A stretch of 64,000 nt of DNA from a virus. Under the pieces are notes generated by a model. The model saw nothing but the letters and a program-made list of their open reading frames with translations. It was not told where the DNA came from and ran no database searches. This document shows positions 50,745 through 57,181 of the stretch, in pieces. The position numbers and the translations under genes are program-made. Every line of letters begins with the position of its first letter. Within the stretch, counting starts at the first letter, position 1. The stretch lies in the IMG/VR virus record IMGVR_UViG_3300020162_001876, positions 46,999 to 110,998 of that record; one strand, given 5' to 3'.

Positions 50745-51054
50745 GACTGCTAGACTTATAGTAGCAGATCTTATCAGATATGATGGATGTAAATTTGAAT
50801 TAGAACTTACTAAAGAGAAAATAGCAAAACTCCAAGAAAGAGAGGCACAGAAAGACACCATCATAAAATTACTAAATGATAAGGATGAGAATAATAAATT
50901 CATCATTCGTCAACAAGAATTACAAATAGGTCAATATGAACACTTAACAGATGATTTAACTAAAGAAATCAAAAGTAAAAAAAGAAGTACAGTGTTTTGG
51001 AAAATGACAACCGGAGTTACTACTTTTTTTAGTATTTATCTTCTTTTAAAATAA
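50653..51054 (+). CDS. spanin-partner-like secreted coiled-coil protein
   Basis: Signal peptide, coiled coil, hydrophobic C-terminus; 92-nt overlap with upstream gene. Confidence 0.5.
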   Translation: MKKLAVLIGFLMLSLSSFSQTDTTKVVIPTKTARLIVADLIRYDGCKFELELTKEKIAKLQEREAQKDTIIKLLNDKDENNKFIIRQQELQIGQYEHLTDDLTKEIKSKKRSTVFWKMTTGVTTFFSIYLLLK

Positions 51055-51056
51055 AA

Positions 51057-51088
51057 TTTGGCTCTCTTAAAGAGCCTTATTATATTTA
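51057..51088 (+). promoter_or_regulatory. early-type promoter TTTGG-N19-TATATTTA with embedded hairpin
   Basis: tttggctctcttaaagagccttattatattta. Confidence 0.75.
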
Positions 51089-51109
51089 GTTATATAAATT
51101 ATTTAAGTT

Positions 51110-51895
51110 ATGAAAATTTCACATGAATTACCACTCAGTCTATTTCCATATAGTATAGACTGGAACGATTACGAATATTGTTTACCTCATTTGTTAGATA
51201 AACATGAAGATTATAGACAATTTTTTCTAGACTCTAATGAAAGAGGCCGTTTTATTATAATGGATAATGGTCTATTTGAAGGTGTTACTCACACAACTCA
51301 GGATTTATTAGAAAAAATAGATTTAATTCAACCTAATATTTTCATTGTACCTGATGAATGGAATGAAAGGGACATTACGGCTAAAAACGCCAAACATTGG
51401 ACTCAGTACAAATTGCCGTTTAAAACTAAATTAATGGTAGTATTGCAAGGTAAGACCGTAAATGAAATACATACTTTATATCAACAATGTGTAGATTTAG
51501 GTTATACACATTTTGCTTTTAACCATTCATCAATTGTTTACCAAGAACTAGGAGGATCAGAAAACCCATTAGCTAATCAATCTGTTGGAAGAGTATTATT
51601 AATACAATACTTACTATCACAAAATGTAATTAAAGAACATCATTACATCCATTTATTAGGGGCATCAACCCCTCAAGAATTTACATTTTATAGAGACGCT
51701 TTACCTACATTAATTAATTCAGTTGATACTTCAAATCCAATTATTTGCGGAGCTTTAGGTATTAAGTATACTGAATTTGGTTTATTAGAAAAACCTAAAG
51801 AAAAAATTGAAGAGTTTATGGAAAAAGATTTGTCTTCCTCATTAGAAGATATTATATTTAATATAAATAAATTTAAAGAATTTTGTAATAAATGA
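51110..51895 (+). CDS. TGT/DpdA-like guanine transglycosylase-fold protein
   Basis: IMDNGLFE, IVPDE, VLQGK, HLLG, SVDTS motifs in TGT order; near queC. Confidence 0.65.
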   Translation: MKISHELPLSLFPYSIDWNDYEYCLPHLLDKHEDYRQFFLDSNERGRFIIMDNGLFEGVTHTTQDLLEKIDLIQPNIFIVPDEWNERDITAKNAKHWTQYKLPFKTKLMVVLQGKTVNEIHTLYQQCVDLGYTHFAFNHSSIVYQELGGSENPLANQSVGRVLLIQYLLSQNVIKEHHYIHLLGASTPQEFTFYRDALPTLINSVDTSNPIICGALGIKYTEFGLLEKPKEKIEEFMEKDLSSSLEDIIFNINKFKEFCNK

Positions 51896-52035
51896 TAAAG
51901 TTTTATTTAATACAATTTATTAATTACCCACTTAGATGGTTTGGGTATAGTTATCAAAGAATAGCTGAGATAAATTATGAAACCTTTGAGATAACTTATC
52001 ATCCTTGGAAATTAGAAAAATTAAAACAAAAATAA
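51892..52035 (+). CDS. hypothetical 47 aa protein, not in ORF track
   Basis: ATGA overlap with upstream stop, fills the gap. Confidence 0.45.
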   Translation: MIKFYLIQFINYPLRWFGYSYQRIAEINYETFEITYHPWKLEKLKQK

Positions 52036-52039
52036 AATT

Positions 52040-52264
52040 ATGGAAGAACAAAAATCTTATATGATGTCTCTTTATGATTATCTAGGTAAAGCAGCTGGGC
52101 CTGAATTAGGTAAAGAAGTAGCAGAAACTGCTGTAAAGTTAAAAGAAACTATAGAAAAAAGGTATGTAACTAATACTCGCTATAAGGGAGAAATACTAAT
52201 GTATCGTAGAGAATTTTTAGATGAATATTTTGGGAATAAAAAATACGAAGGAGAACAAAAATAG
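52040..52264 (+). CDS. hypothetical protein
   Basis: 74 aa, SLYDYLGKAAG. Confidence 0.6.
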   Translation: MEEQKSYMMSLYDYLGKAAGPELGKEVAETAVKLKETIEKRYVTNTRYKGEILMYRREFLDEYFGNKKYEGEQK

Positions 52265-52312
52265 CGTTTGCCTATACGCTTAAAATACCTGGCTTATTTA
52301 AAATTATAAATT

Positions 52313-53182
52313 ATGTCTAAAAAACATGTTGTAGTATCACTATCAGGTGGTATGGACTCAAGTACTTTGTTACTTAGATGTCTAAAAGAGTATGACACAG
52401 TTACTGCTATTAGCTTTGACTATGGTCAAAAACACAGAGTAGAGCTAGAGAGAGCTCAATCATTAGTAGATTATATCAACTATTGGGAAAATAAAATAGT
52501 TGAAGATGGTGATAAAGCACCATACTTTCAAATCAACTATCGTCAAATCCAATTAAATGGATTAGTTGATTTACTAGATTCAGCTTTAGTAACAGGAGGT
52601 GAAGATGTACCAGAAGGTCATTATGCAGAAGATAATATGAAAGCAACAGTTGTTCCTAACAGAAACAAAATATTTGCTTCTATTACCCAAGCAGTAGCTT
52701 TATCAGTTGCAAATAGAACAGGAGAGACTTGTGATATTGCAATGGGTATTCACGCAGGTGATCATGCAATCTATCCAGACTGTAGACAAGAATTCAGAGA
52801 TGCAGACGATGCAGCTTTTAGATTAGGTAATTGGGATGCTGAAAGAGTAGGATATTTTACACCTTATTTACAAGGAGATAAATTTACTATCCTACAAGAC
52901 GGAGAAGTATTATATGGAGAATTGGGATTAGATTTTGATGAAGTTTATAAAAGAACTAATACTTCCTATAAGCCAATCTTTATCCCTTATGAAAGCTTGA
53001 CAGACACAGCACCAGGTAAATGGTATTCAGATTATAAATCAGCTTCATCAGTTGAAAGAGTAGAAGCATTTATTAAATTAGGAAGAAAAGATCCAGCACC
53101 TTATGCAGACGAAAGTGGCCCAGTAACATGGGAACATGTAGTGGCGGAAGTAACAAAAGTATTAGATAACCATAACAAATAA
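52313..53182 (+). CDS. queC: 7-cyano-7-deazaguanine synthase
   Basis: SLSGGMDS, FDYGQKH, TVVPNRN, YPDCR. Confidence 0.92.
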   Translation: MSKKHVVVSLSGGMDSSTLLLRCLKEYDTVTAISFDYGQKHRVELERAQSLVDYINYWENKIVEDGDKAPYFQINYRQIQLNGLVDLLDSALVTGGEDVPEGHYAEDNMKATVVPNRNKIFASITQAVALSVANRTGETCDIAMGIHAGDHAIYPDCRQEFRDADDAAFRLGNWDAERVGYFTPYLQGDKFTILQDGEVLYGELGLDFDEVYKRTNTSYKPIFIPYESLTDTAPGKWYSDYKSASSVERVEAFIKLGRKDPAPYADESGPVTWEHVVAEVTKVLDNHNK

Positions 53183-53187
53183 AAATT

Positions 53188-53523
53188 ATGTTTGAAGCAA
53201 GCACAACAAACCTAGTAAACGGATACTCGGGTACATCAATAACAACTAACACCTTAGGAACACCTTATATTGGAACAACAAGTAATTTAGGTTTATCACA
53301 ATCAGTCACAAATCAAAATAATATGACAAAACAAGTAAAAGTAGCAGTATTTACTGTAGAAAGAAATGATAAAAATGAAGTTATTTCTTCAAAATTTATT
53401 AAAGAATTATGGGTTGAACAAAAGAATAGTTCATCTATTGAATTAGCAGTATCTAAATTTTTAGAACCTGATTTTGACCCAGAAACAATTGTAATAAAAA
53501 TACTCTATACTGCTTTATTTTAA
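53188..53523 (+). CDS. hypothetical protein
   Basis: 111 aa ORF in operon. Confidence 0.5.
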   Translation: MFEASTTNLVNGYSGTSITTNTLGTPYIGTTSNLGLSQSVTNQNNMTKQVKVAVFTVERNDKNEVISSKFIKELWVEQKNSSSIELAVSKFLEPDFDPETIVIKILYTALF

Positions 53524-53524
53524 T

Positions 53525-53788
53525 ATGGGACTTTATAGAAAGAAACCAGTTGTAATTGAAGCAGTTCAATTAAGAGACTTAGAAGTACGTACCTTAATGG
53601 CACTTCAAAATATTGCAGGATTAGGTAATGATATTTTTCGAGTTGAATCAGATGGTATTGTAATTAAAACTCTAGAAGGGGATATGAAAGCTTCAATAGG
53701 TGACTTTATCATTAAAGGAGTACAGGGAGAATTTTATCCATGCAAACCAGATATTTTTGAAAAAACTTACGAAGAAGTTTGGGATTAG
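53525..53788 (+). CDS. conserved small phage protein ([12 protein letters not shown]...[11 protein letters not shown] type)
   Basis: Recognisable widespread phage motif set. Confidence 0.75.
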   Translation: MGLYRKKPVVIEAVQLRDLEVRTLMALQNIAGLGNDIFRVESDGIVIKTLEGDMKASIGDFIIKGVQGEFYPCKPDIFEKTYEEVWD

Positions 53789-53809
53789 CAAAAAAATTTC
53801 ATATATTTA
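53778..53809 (+). promoter_or_regulatory. early-type promoter TTTGG-N19-TATATTTA
   Basis: Consensus and spacing match. Confidence 0.7.
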
Positions 53810-53843
53810 AGTATAAATTAATTAACAAATAAAAAAACAAAAA

Positions 53844-54026
53844 ATGAAAAAAGTATTTTTAGTATTAGCATTAGTAGCAACAGTTTTAGTATCTTGTAAC
53901 AAAGTAAACACAGCTGAAACATCAACAGTAGATTCAACAGCAGTAGTAGTTGATACAGTACAAGTTGATTCAACAGTAGTTAGCGATGATGAAGCGAGAG
54001 ATTATTTAAAAGATACTGTAAAGTAA
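53844..54026 (+). CDS. small lipoprotein
   Basis: MKKVFLVLALVATVLVS-C lipobox, DST/DTV-rich tail. Confidence 0.75.
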   Translation: MKKVFLVLALVATVLVSCNKVNTAETSTVDSTAVVVDTVQVDSTVVSDDEARDYLKDTVK

Positions 54027-54182
54027 TTACCAACGCTCGCTGTTAATTGAGAAGTAGAGTGTATTAATTTCCGAACAAGGGTTTATAGTAGGAAGAGCTC
54101 ACTCATTGCACTCAATCAGAAACCCTGCTCAAAGTAATAGGTACAAATTCCTATTATTCCCTGAAAGACCAAGGTTGGTAAT
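54026..54182 (+). ncRNA. putative structured RNA with possible pseudoknot
   Basis: Closing stem ATTACCAAC/GTTGGTAAT; crossing helices 54057-63/54107-13 and 54078-84/54120-26. Confidence 0.5.
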
Positions 54183-54189
54183 AAAAAAG

Positions 54190-54276
54190 AGTCGATTGGT
54201 GTAAGTGGGAATAAATACCACATTAGAGTAACATCGAGGCTGCCTCGGGATGAGGGTTCGAATCCCTCATCGACTC
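54190..54276 (+). ncRNA. tRNA-like RNA with 3-nt anticodon loop and D-loop insertion
   Basis: Acceptor AGTCGAT/ATCGACT, T arm GAGGG-TTCGAAT-CCCTC, arm CGAGG-ctg-CCTCG. Confidence 0.6.
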
Positions 54277-54317
54277 CAAATTAAACTACCGTTCTTTGAA
54301 ATAAACTAAATATAATT

Positions 54318-54629
54318 ATGGAACAAATTTTAGCATTTGTTTTAGGTGTTAGTGCAGTTGCCTTTGTATGGGTAGTTGTGGTAGCGTTTAAGACAGCAAG
54401 CAAAGTAAAGGGATTTGAAAAACAATTCCAATCTATATACACATCTTTAATTAACAGAGATGAATTAGTAAATCGTAGAATAGACGAAGAAATCAACAGA
54501 GTAGATCTAATCTACAGCGAATGTAACAGACATACAGACTCCAGAGTAGATAAATTAGAAGCAAAAATCTTATCAGTTAATAAGGATGGTTGCAAACCTG
54601 TTAAGAAAAAAAAATTAATAAAAGGATAA
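54318..54629 (+). CDS. N-terminal TM coiled-coil protein, flanked by 12-bp inverted repeat
   Basis: Hydrophobic N-terminus; IR at 54285-96 and 54639-50. Confidence 0.65.
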   Translation: MEQILAFVLGVSAVAFVWVVVVAFKTASKVKGFEKQFQSIYTSLINRDELVNRRIDEEINRVDLIYSECNRHTDSRVDKLEAKILSVNKDGCKPVKKKKLIKG

Positions 54630-54656
54630 ATTAATCCGAAGAACGGTAGTAAAATA

Positions 54657-54688
54657 TTTGGCTTCCCAAAAAGAAATTATTATATTAA
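54657..54688 (+). promoter_or_regulatory. early-type promoter TTTGG-N19-TATATTAA
   Basis: Consensus and spacing match. Confidence 0.7.
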
Positions 54689-54762
54689 GTTATATTAAAA
54701 AAAGAAAAAAATAATTCGAGGTTTTTATCTCTATTATATATTTATAATCACATAAAATTAAA

Positions 54763-54909
54763 ATGACAACAATTCAAAACATACATCAAGATTTAACTAC
54801 AATAATGAGTAGAGCACTTAATACGTGGTCGCAGCTGTTATGTGGGGATGTCATTTTAGGCTTTAGCGCGTATAATAACGAACCGAAACAAGGTGGGATC
54901 GGAGTATGA
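54763..54909 (+). CDS. 48 aa putative leader peptide upstream of tRNA array, not in ORF track
   Basis: MTTIQNIHQDLTTIMSRALNTWSQLLCGDVILGFSAYNNEPKQGGIGV; A-rich start context, ATATTTAT at 54738. Confidence 0.6.
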   Translation: MTTIQNIHQDLTTIMSRALNTWSQLLCGDVILGFSAYNNEPKQGGIGV

Positions 54910-54939
54910 TATAATTAAGTAAACATATAAACTTAAATC

Positions 54940-54978
54940 AAGACTCGGATCAAAATAAAAGATTCGAGTCTTTTTTTT
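54940..54978 (+). terminator. intrinsic terminator / putative attenuator
   Basis: AAGACTCGGATC-aaaataaaa-GATTCGAGTCTT plus T8; 5' arm can alternatively pair with 54897-54905. Confidence 0.8.
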
Positions 54979-54986
54979 CACTTAGG

Positions 54987-55018
54987 TTTGGCTTTTGGAA
55001 ATAAGTTTCGTATATTAT
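54987..55018 (+). promoter_or_regulatory. early-type promoter for tRNA array
   Basis: tttgg-N19-tatattat. Confidence 0.7.
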
Positions 55019-55068
55019 AGCATAATAAGAAAATAAAGAAAAAGAAAGTAAAAAAGATTTAAAATAAG

Positions 55069-55140
55069 TTTGGCTCTCGAAAAAGAGTTTCGTATATTAA
55101 ATCATAATAAAAAATAAAGAGTTCATTGACATATTGGATA
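55069..55140 (+). promoter_or_regulatory. early-type promoter plus boxA-like element
   Basis: tttgg-N19-tatattaa then GTTCATTGACATATTGGATA; near-duplicated at 58634-58698. Confidence 0.7.
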
Positions 55141-55149
55141 AAGTAAAAA

Positions 55150-55234
55150 GGAGGTGTGGACAGTTGGTTGTTAAGCGGTCTTGAAAATCGTCGCCCGTGC
55201 ATTCGGGTTGCAGGTTCGAATCCTGTCGCCTCCG
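55150..55234 (+). tRNA. tRNA-Ser(TGA)
   Basis: Cloverleaf with long variable arm, loop CT-TGA-AA. Confidence 0.85.
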
Positions 55235-55240
55235 CAATAT

Positions 55241-55312
55241 TGGCTCATAGTGTAACGGTTAGCACAAAACACTTTGACTGTTTTAGTCCAAGTTCGAATC
55301 TTGGTGAGCCAA
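55241..55312 (+). tRNA. tRNA-Gln(TTG)
   Basis: AAACA-CT-TTG-AC-TGTTT. Confidence 0.9.
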
Positions 55313-55321
55313 CAACAATTT

Positions 55322-55392
55322 CTAGTAGCGAAGCCCGGTTTCATGCCTCACTTGGACTGAGGAGTACGCAGGTTCGAATCCTGCCTATTAGA
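55322..55392 (+). tRNA. tRNA-Pro(TGG), atypical D arm
   Basis: CCTCA-CT-TGG-AC-TGAGG, canonical T arm. Confidence 0.75.
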
Positions 55393-55398
55393 CGAAAG

Positions 55399-55454
55399 GA
55401 GACTGTTACTAATTTATTGGACCTCATAGTGGGGGGAATCGTAGAATTAGATTT
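55399..55454 (+). repeat. inter-tRNA repeat element copy 1
   Basis: GAGACTGTTACTAATT...CGTAGAATTAGATTT. Confidence 0.8.
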
Positions 55455-55455
55455 T

Positions 55456-55528
55456 GCCTTCGAAGCTCATGTGGACGGGCACTCCGCTTTTAACGGAGGG
55501 GTAGATGGTTCGAGGCCATCCGGGGGTA
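55456..55528 (+). tRNA. tRNA-Lys(TTT)
   Basis: CTCCG-CT-TTT-AA-CGGAG. Confidence 0.85.
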
Positions 55529-55534
55529 CGAGAA

Positions 55535-55596
55535 GAGACTGTTACTAATTCATAGAAGACCACGCGAGTAAGTCCTCGAAGCGTAGAATTAGATTT
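55535..55596 (+). repeat. inter-tRNA repeat element copy 2
   Basis: Same 16-nt and 15-nt flanks as copy 1, different core. Confidence 0.8.
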
Positions 55597-55667
55597 GCCT
55601 CGTTGGCGTAATGGTAGCGTATTTGTTTTACATGCAAATGGCAGTGGTTCGATTCCACTACGAGGTA
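55597..55667 (+). tRNA. tRNA-Val(TAC)
   Basis: TTTGT-TT-TAC-AT-GCAAA. Confidence 0.88.
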
Positions 55668-55768
55668 CAAAAATGGGGATGATAGGCGATATCTAGCGGC
55701 AATTGGGTATCTGGGTTCATAGCCATACTATGAAATGTTAGTTTTGCCGAATTAATAGAGTAGTAGTT

Positions 55769-55838
55769 TCGTTAATAGTGTAGCGGAAACACGCCAGCTG
55801 TGAAAGCTGGAGGGTAGGGTTCGAGACCCGTTAATGAG
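55769..55838 (+). ncRNA. aberrant tRNA-like RNA (loop TGTGAAA, weak T stem)
   Basis: Acceptor TCGTTAA/TTAATGA, D arm GTGT-agcggaa-ACAC, arm CCAGC/GCTGG. Confidence 0.5.
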
Positions 55839-55845
55839 CAAAATT

Positions 55846-55927
55846 GGGTAGCAAAAGTCGTTCGGATACGGCAGCGAGACTGTAAATCTCGTCCTTATAG
55901 GGAGTGGTTCGAGTCCACTGTTACCCA
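55846..55927 (+). tRNA. tRNA-Tyr(GTA)
   Basis: CGAGA-CT-GTA-AA-TCTCG, variable arm. Confidence 0.85.
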
Positions 55928-55940
55928 CTGTATTAACTTG

Positions 55941-56013
55941 GGGCCTTTTGTATAGCTGGTGCGTACGCTAGTCTGAAGAACTAGAGGAACAGGTTCGATT
56001 CCTGTAGGGCCCA
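55941..56013 (+). tRNA. tRNA-Phe(GAA)
   Basis: CTAGT-CT-GAA-GA-ACTAG. Confidence 0.88.
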
Positions 56014-56092
56014 CGAAGAAGGAGAATGTGGGTTCGAATCCCACCTGGTCTAGCTAAAACTGGGTCGGTAGTGTAACGGTAACATAACTTCG
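56014..56092 (+). ncRNA. circularly permuted tRNA-like RNA (T arm, looped acceptor, D arm)
   Basis: GTGGG-TTCGAAT-CCCAC, then CTGGTCTAG-ctaaaa-CTGGGTCGG, then TA-GTGT-aacggta-ACAT, closed by CGAAG/CTTCG. Confidence 0.65.
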
Positions 56093-56097
56093 CATTA

Positions 56098-56169
56098 GGA
56101 TCCTTAGCTCAGAGGCAGAGCGGTTGTTTGTTAGGCAACGGGTCGAGATTTCGAAATTCTCAGGATCCT
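56098..56169 (+). tRNA. tRNA-Asn(GTT) copy 1, atypical T loop
   Basis: GTTGT-TT-GTT-AG-GCAAC; acceptor GGATCCT/AGGATCC. Confidence 0.75.
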
Positions 56170-56175
56170 CAAAAT

Positions 56176-56247
56176 TGGCTTGTCGTATAAAGGTTATTAC
56201 GGATGACTGTTAATCATCTTATGAAGGTTCGATTCCTTCCAGGCCAG
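56176..56247 (+). tRNA. tRNA-Asn(GTT) copy 2
   Basis: GATGA-CT-GTT-AA-TCATC. Confidence 0.9.
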
Positions 56248-56254
56248 CAAAATT

Positions 56255-56326
56255 GCTCCTATAGTAGAATGGTTAGCACACATCTCTGATAAGGATGAAA
56301 TGGAGGTTCAATTCCTTCTAGGAGTA
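56255..56326 (+). tRNA. tRNA-Ile(GAT)
   Basis: CATCT-CT-GAT-AA-GGATG. Confidence 0.88.
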
Positions 56327-56332
56327 CAAAAT

Positions 56333-56417
56333 GGAAAGTAAATCACACAGGGTGTGAGACCGCTTGCTAAGCGAATCATGCGTTAATTCGCATGGGGATC
56401 GAGACCTCTGCTTTCCT
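56333..56417 (+). tRNA. tRNA-Ser(GCT)
   Basis: Loop TT-GCT-AA, long variable arm CATGCG/CGCATG. Confidence 0.75.
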
Positions 56418-56548
56418 CAAAAAAACCTCTTCACCGTCCTCACAACGCATCTAAGGAATGTAGGAGATGAAAGTACGAACGGGGCCCTGTGGTAAGACAC
56501 TTTAAAATCAGATAGTACAATGATAGAGTAAGGGGTTCTCTATCAACT

Positions 56549-56618
56549 GCCGACTTGATCAGGTGATCGAAAATATCTCATAAGTATTTTCAGAGTGGAT
56601 CGTTACCACTAGTCGGTA
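56549..56618 (+). tRNA. tRNA-Met(CAT), elongator-like
   Basis: AATAT-CT-CAT-AA-GTATT; acceptor GCCGACT/AGTCGGT. Confidence 0.75.
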
Positions 56619-56621
56619 CAA

Positions 56622-56672
56622 AAATCAACGAGACGAAGGAGGTCACGTAGGTTCGAATCCTACCGTTGATTT
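56622..56672 (+). ncRNA. minihelix-like tRNA mimic (acceptor + T arm only)
   Basis: AAATCAACG-16 nt-GTAGG-TTCGAAT-CCTAC-CGTTGATTT. Confidence 0.55.
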
Positions 56673-56679
56673 AGTATAT

Positions 56680-56750
56680 GGTGGTTCTAGCTTATCGGTA
56701 AAGCGCTTGACTGTGAATCAGGAGAACAGGGTTCGATCCCCGGAATCACC
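56680..56750 (+). tRNA. tRNA-His(GTG)
   Basis: CTTGA-CT-GTG-AA-TCAGG; G-1 and C73 present. Confidence 0.9.
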
Positions 56751-56764
56751 CAAAATTAATTATT

Positions 56765-56965
56765 ATGGCAAGAGAATACAGTGAAAGTGAAAAAATGCTA
56801 CTTGAAGCAGTAGTTGGATTGTTTATAATACATCCTAACCCTCAATTAAAAGGTAAAGAAAAAAGAGTAATGAAAATTGCTTATGAGGTAATGGATAAAA
56901 TGTTAGAAAAAAATGCCCCTGTGGTGAAAATGGTAAACACACTATCTTTAAACGGTAGCGCTTAG
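56765..56965 (+). CDS. hypothetical protein whose 3' end runs into tRNA-Leu
   Basis: Good A-rich start; stop falls inside the tRNA variable arm. Confidence 0.45.
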   Translation: MAREYSESEKMLLEAVVGLFIIHPNPQLKGKEKRVMKIAYEVMDKMLEKNAPVVKMVNTLSLNGSA

Positions 56966-56994
56966 GCTTGCTGGTTCGACTCCAGTCAGGGGTA
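56915..56994 (+). tRNA. tRNA-Leu(TAA)
   Basis: CTATC-TT-TAA-AC-GGTAG, variable arm. Confidence 0.88.
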
Positions 56995-56999
56995 CAAAA

Positions 57000-57102
57000 T
57001 TGGAGTGGTGGAATTGGTAAACATCTTCCCTATCCGGCAGAGATAGGTACACTAGGCTGAGGATGCAATAAACTCAGTGCAGGTTCAAATCCTGTCTCCA
57101 AC
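57000..57102 (+). ncRNA. expanded tRNA-like RNA with two internal hairpins
   Basis: TTGGAG/CTCCAA acceptor, Leu-like D arm, CCTATC-cggcaga-GATAGG, CTGAG/CTCAG, T arm GCAGG-TTCAAAT-CCTGT. Confidence 0.55.
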
Positions 57103-57108
57103 TTAACT

Positions 57109-57181
57109 GGTCTTATAGCATAAATGGAAATGCACTTGAATACGAATCAAGAGATTGTAGGTTCGACTCCTACTAAGACCT
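57109..57181 (+). tRNA. tRNA-Arg(ACG)
   Basis: CTTGA-AT-ACG-AA-TCAAG. Confidence 0.85.

Noticed and set aside
55156-55548. 130 aa ORF in track
   Set aside because: Overlaps four tRNAs; a shadow of GC-rich RNA genes.
55399-55596. Mini CRISPR array or theta (HDV-like) ribozymes
   Set aside because: Only two bipartite units separated by a tRNA, no cas genes, and the HDV P1-P2-P3 nesting could not be built; kept as an unexplained repeat.
55675-55700. GGGGATGATAGG resembling a tmRNA 5' end
   Set aside because: No matching T arm plus TCCACCA-type 3' acceptor or tag ORF found nearby.
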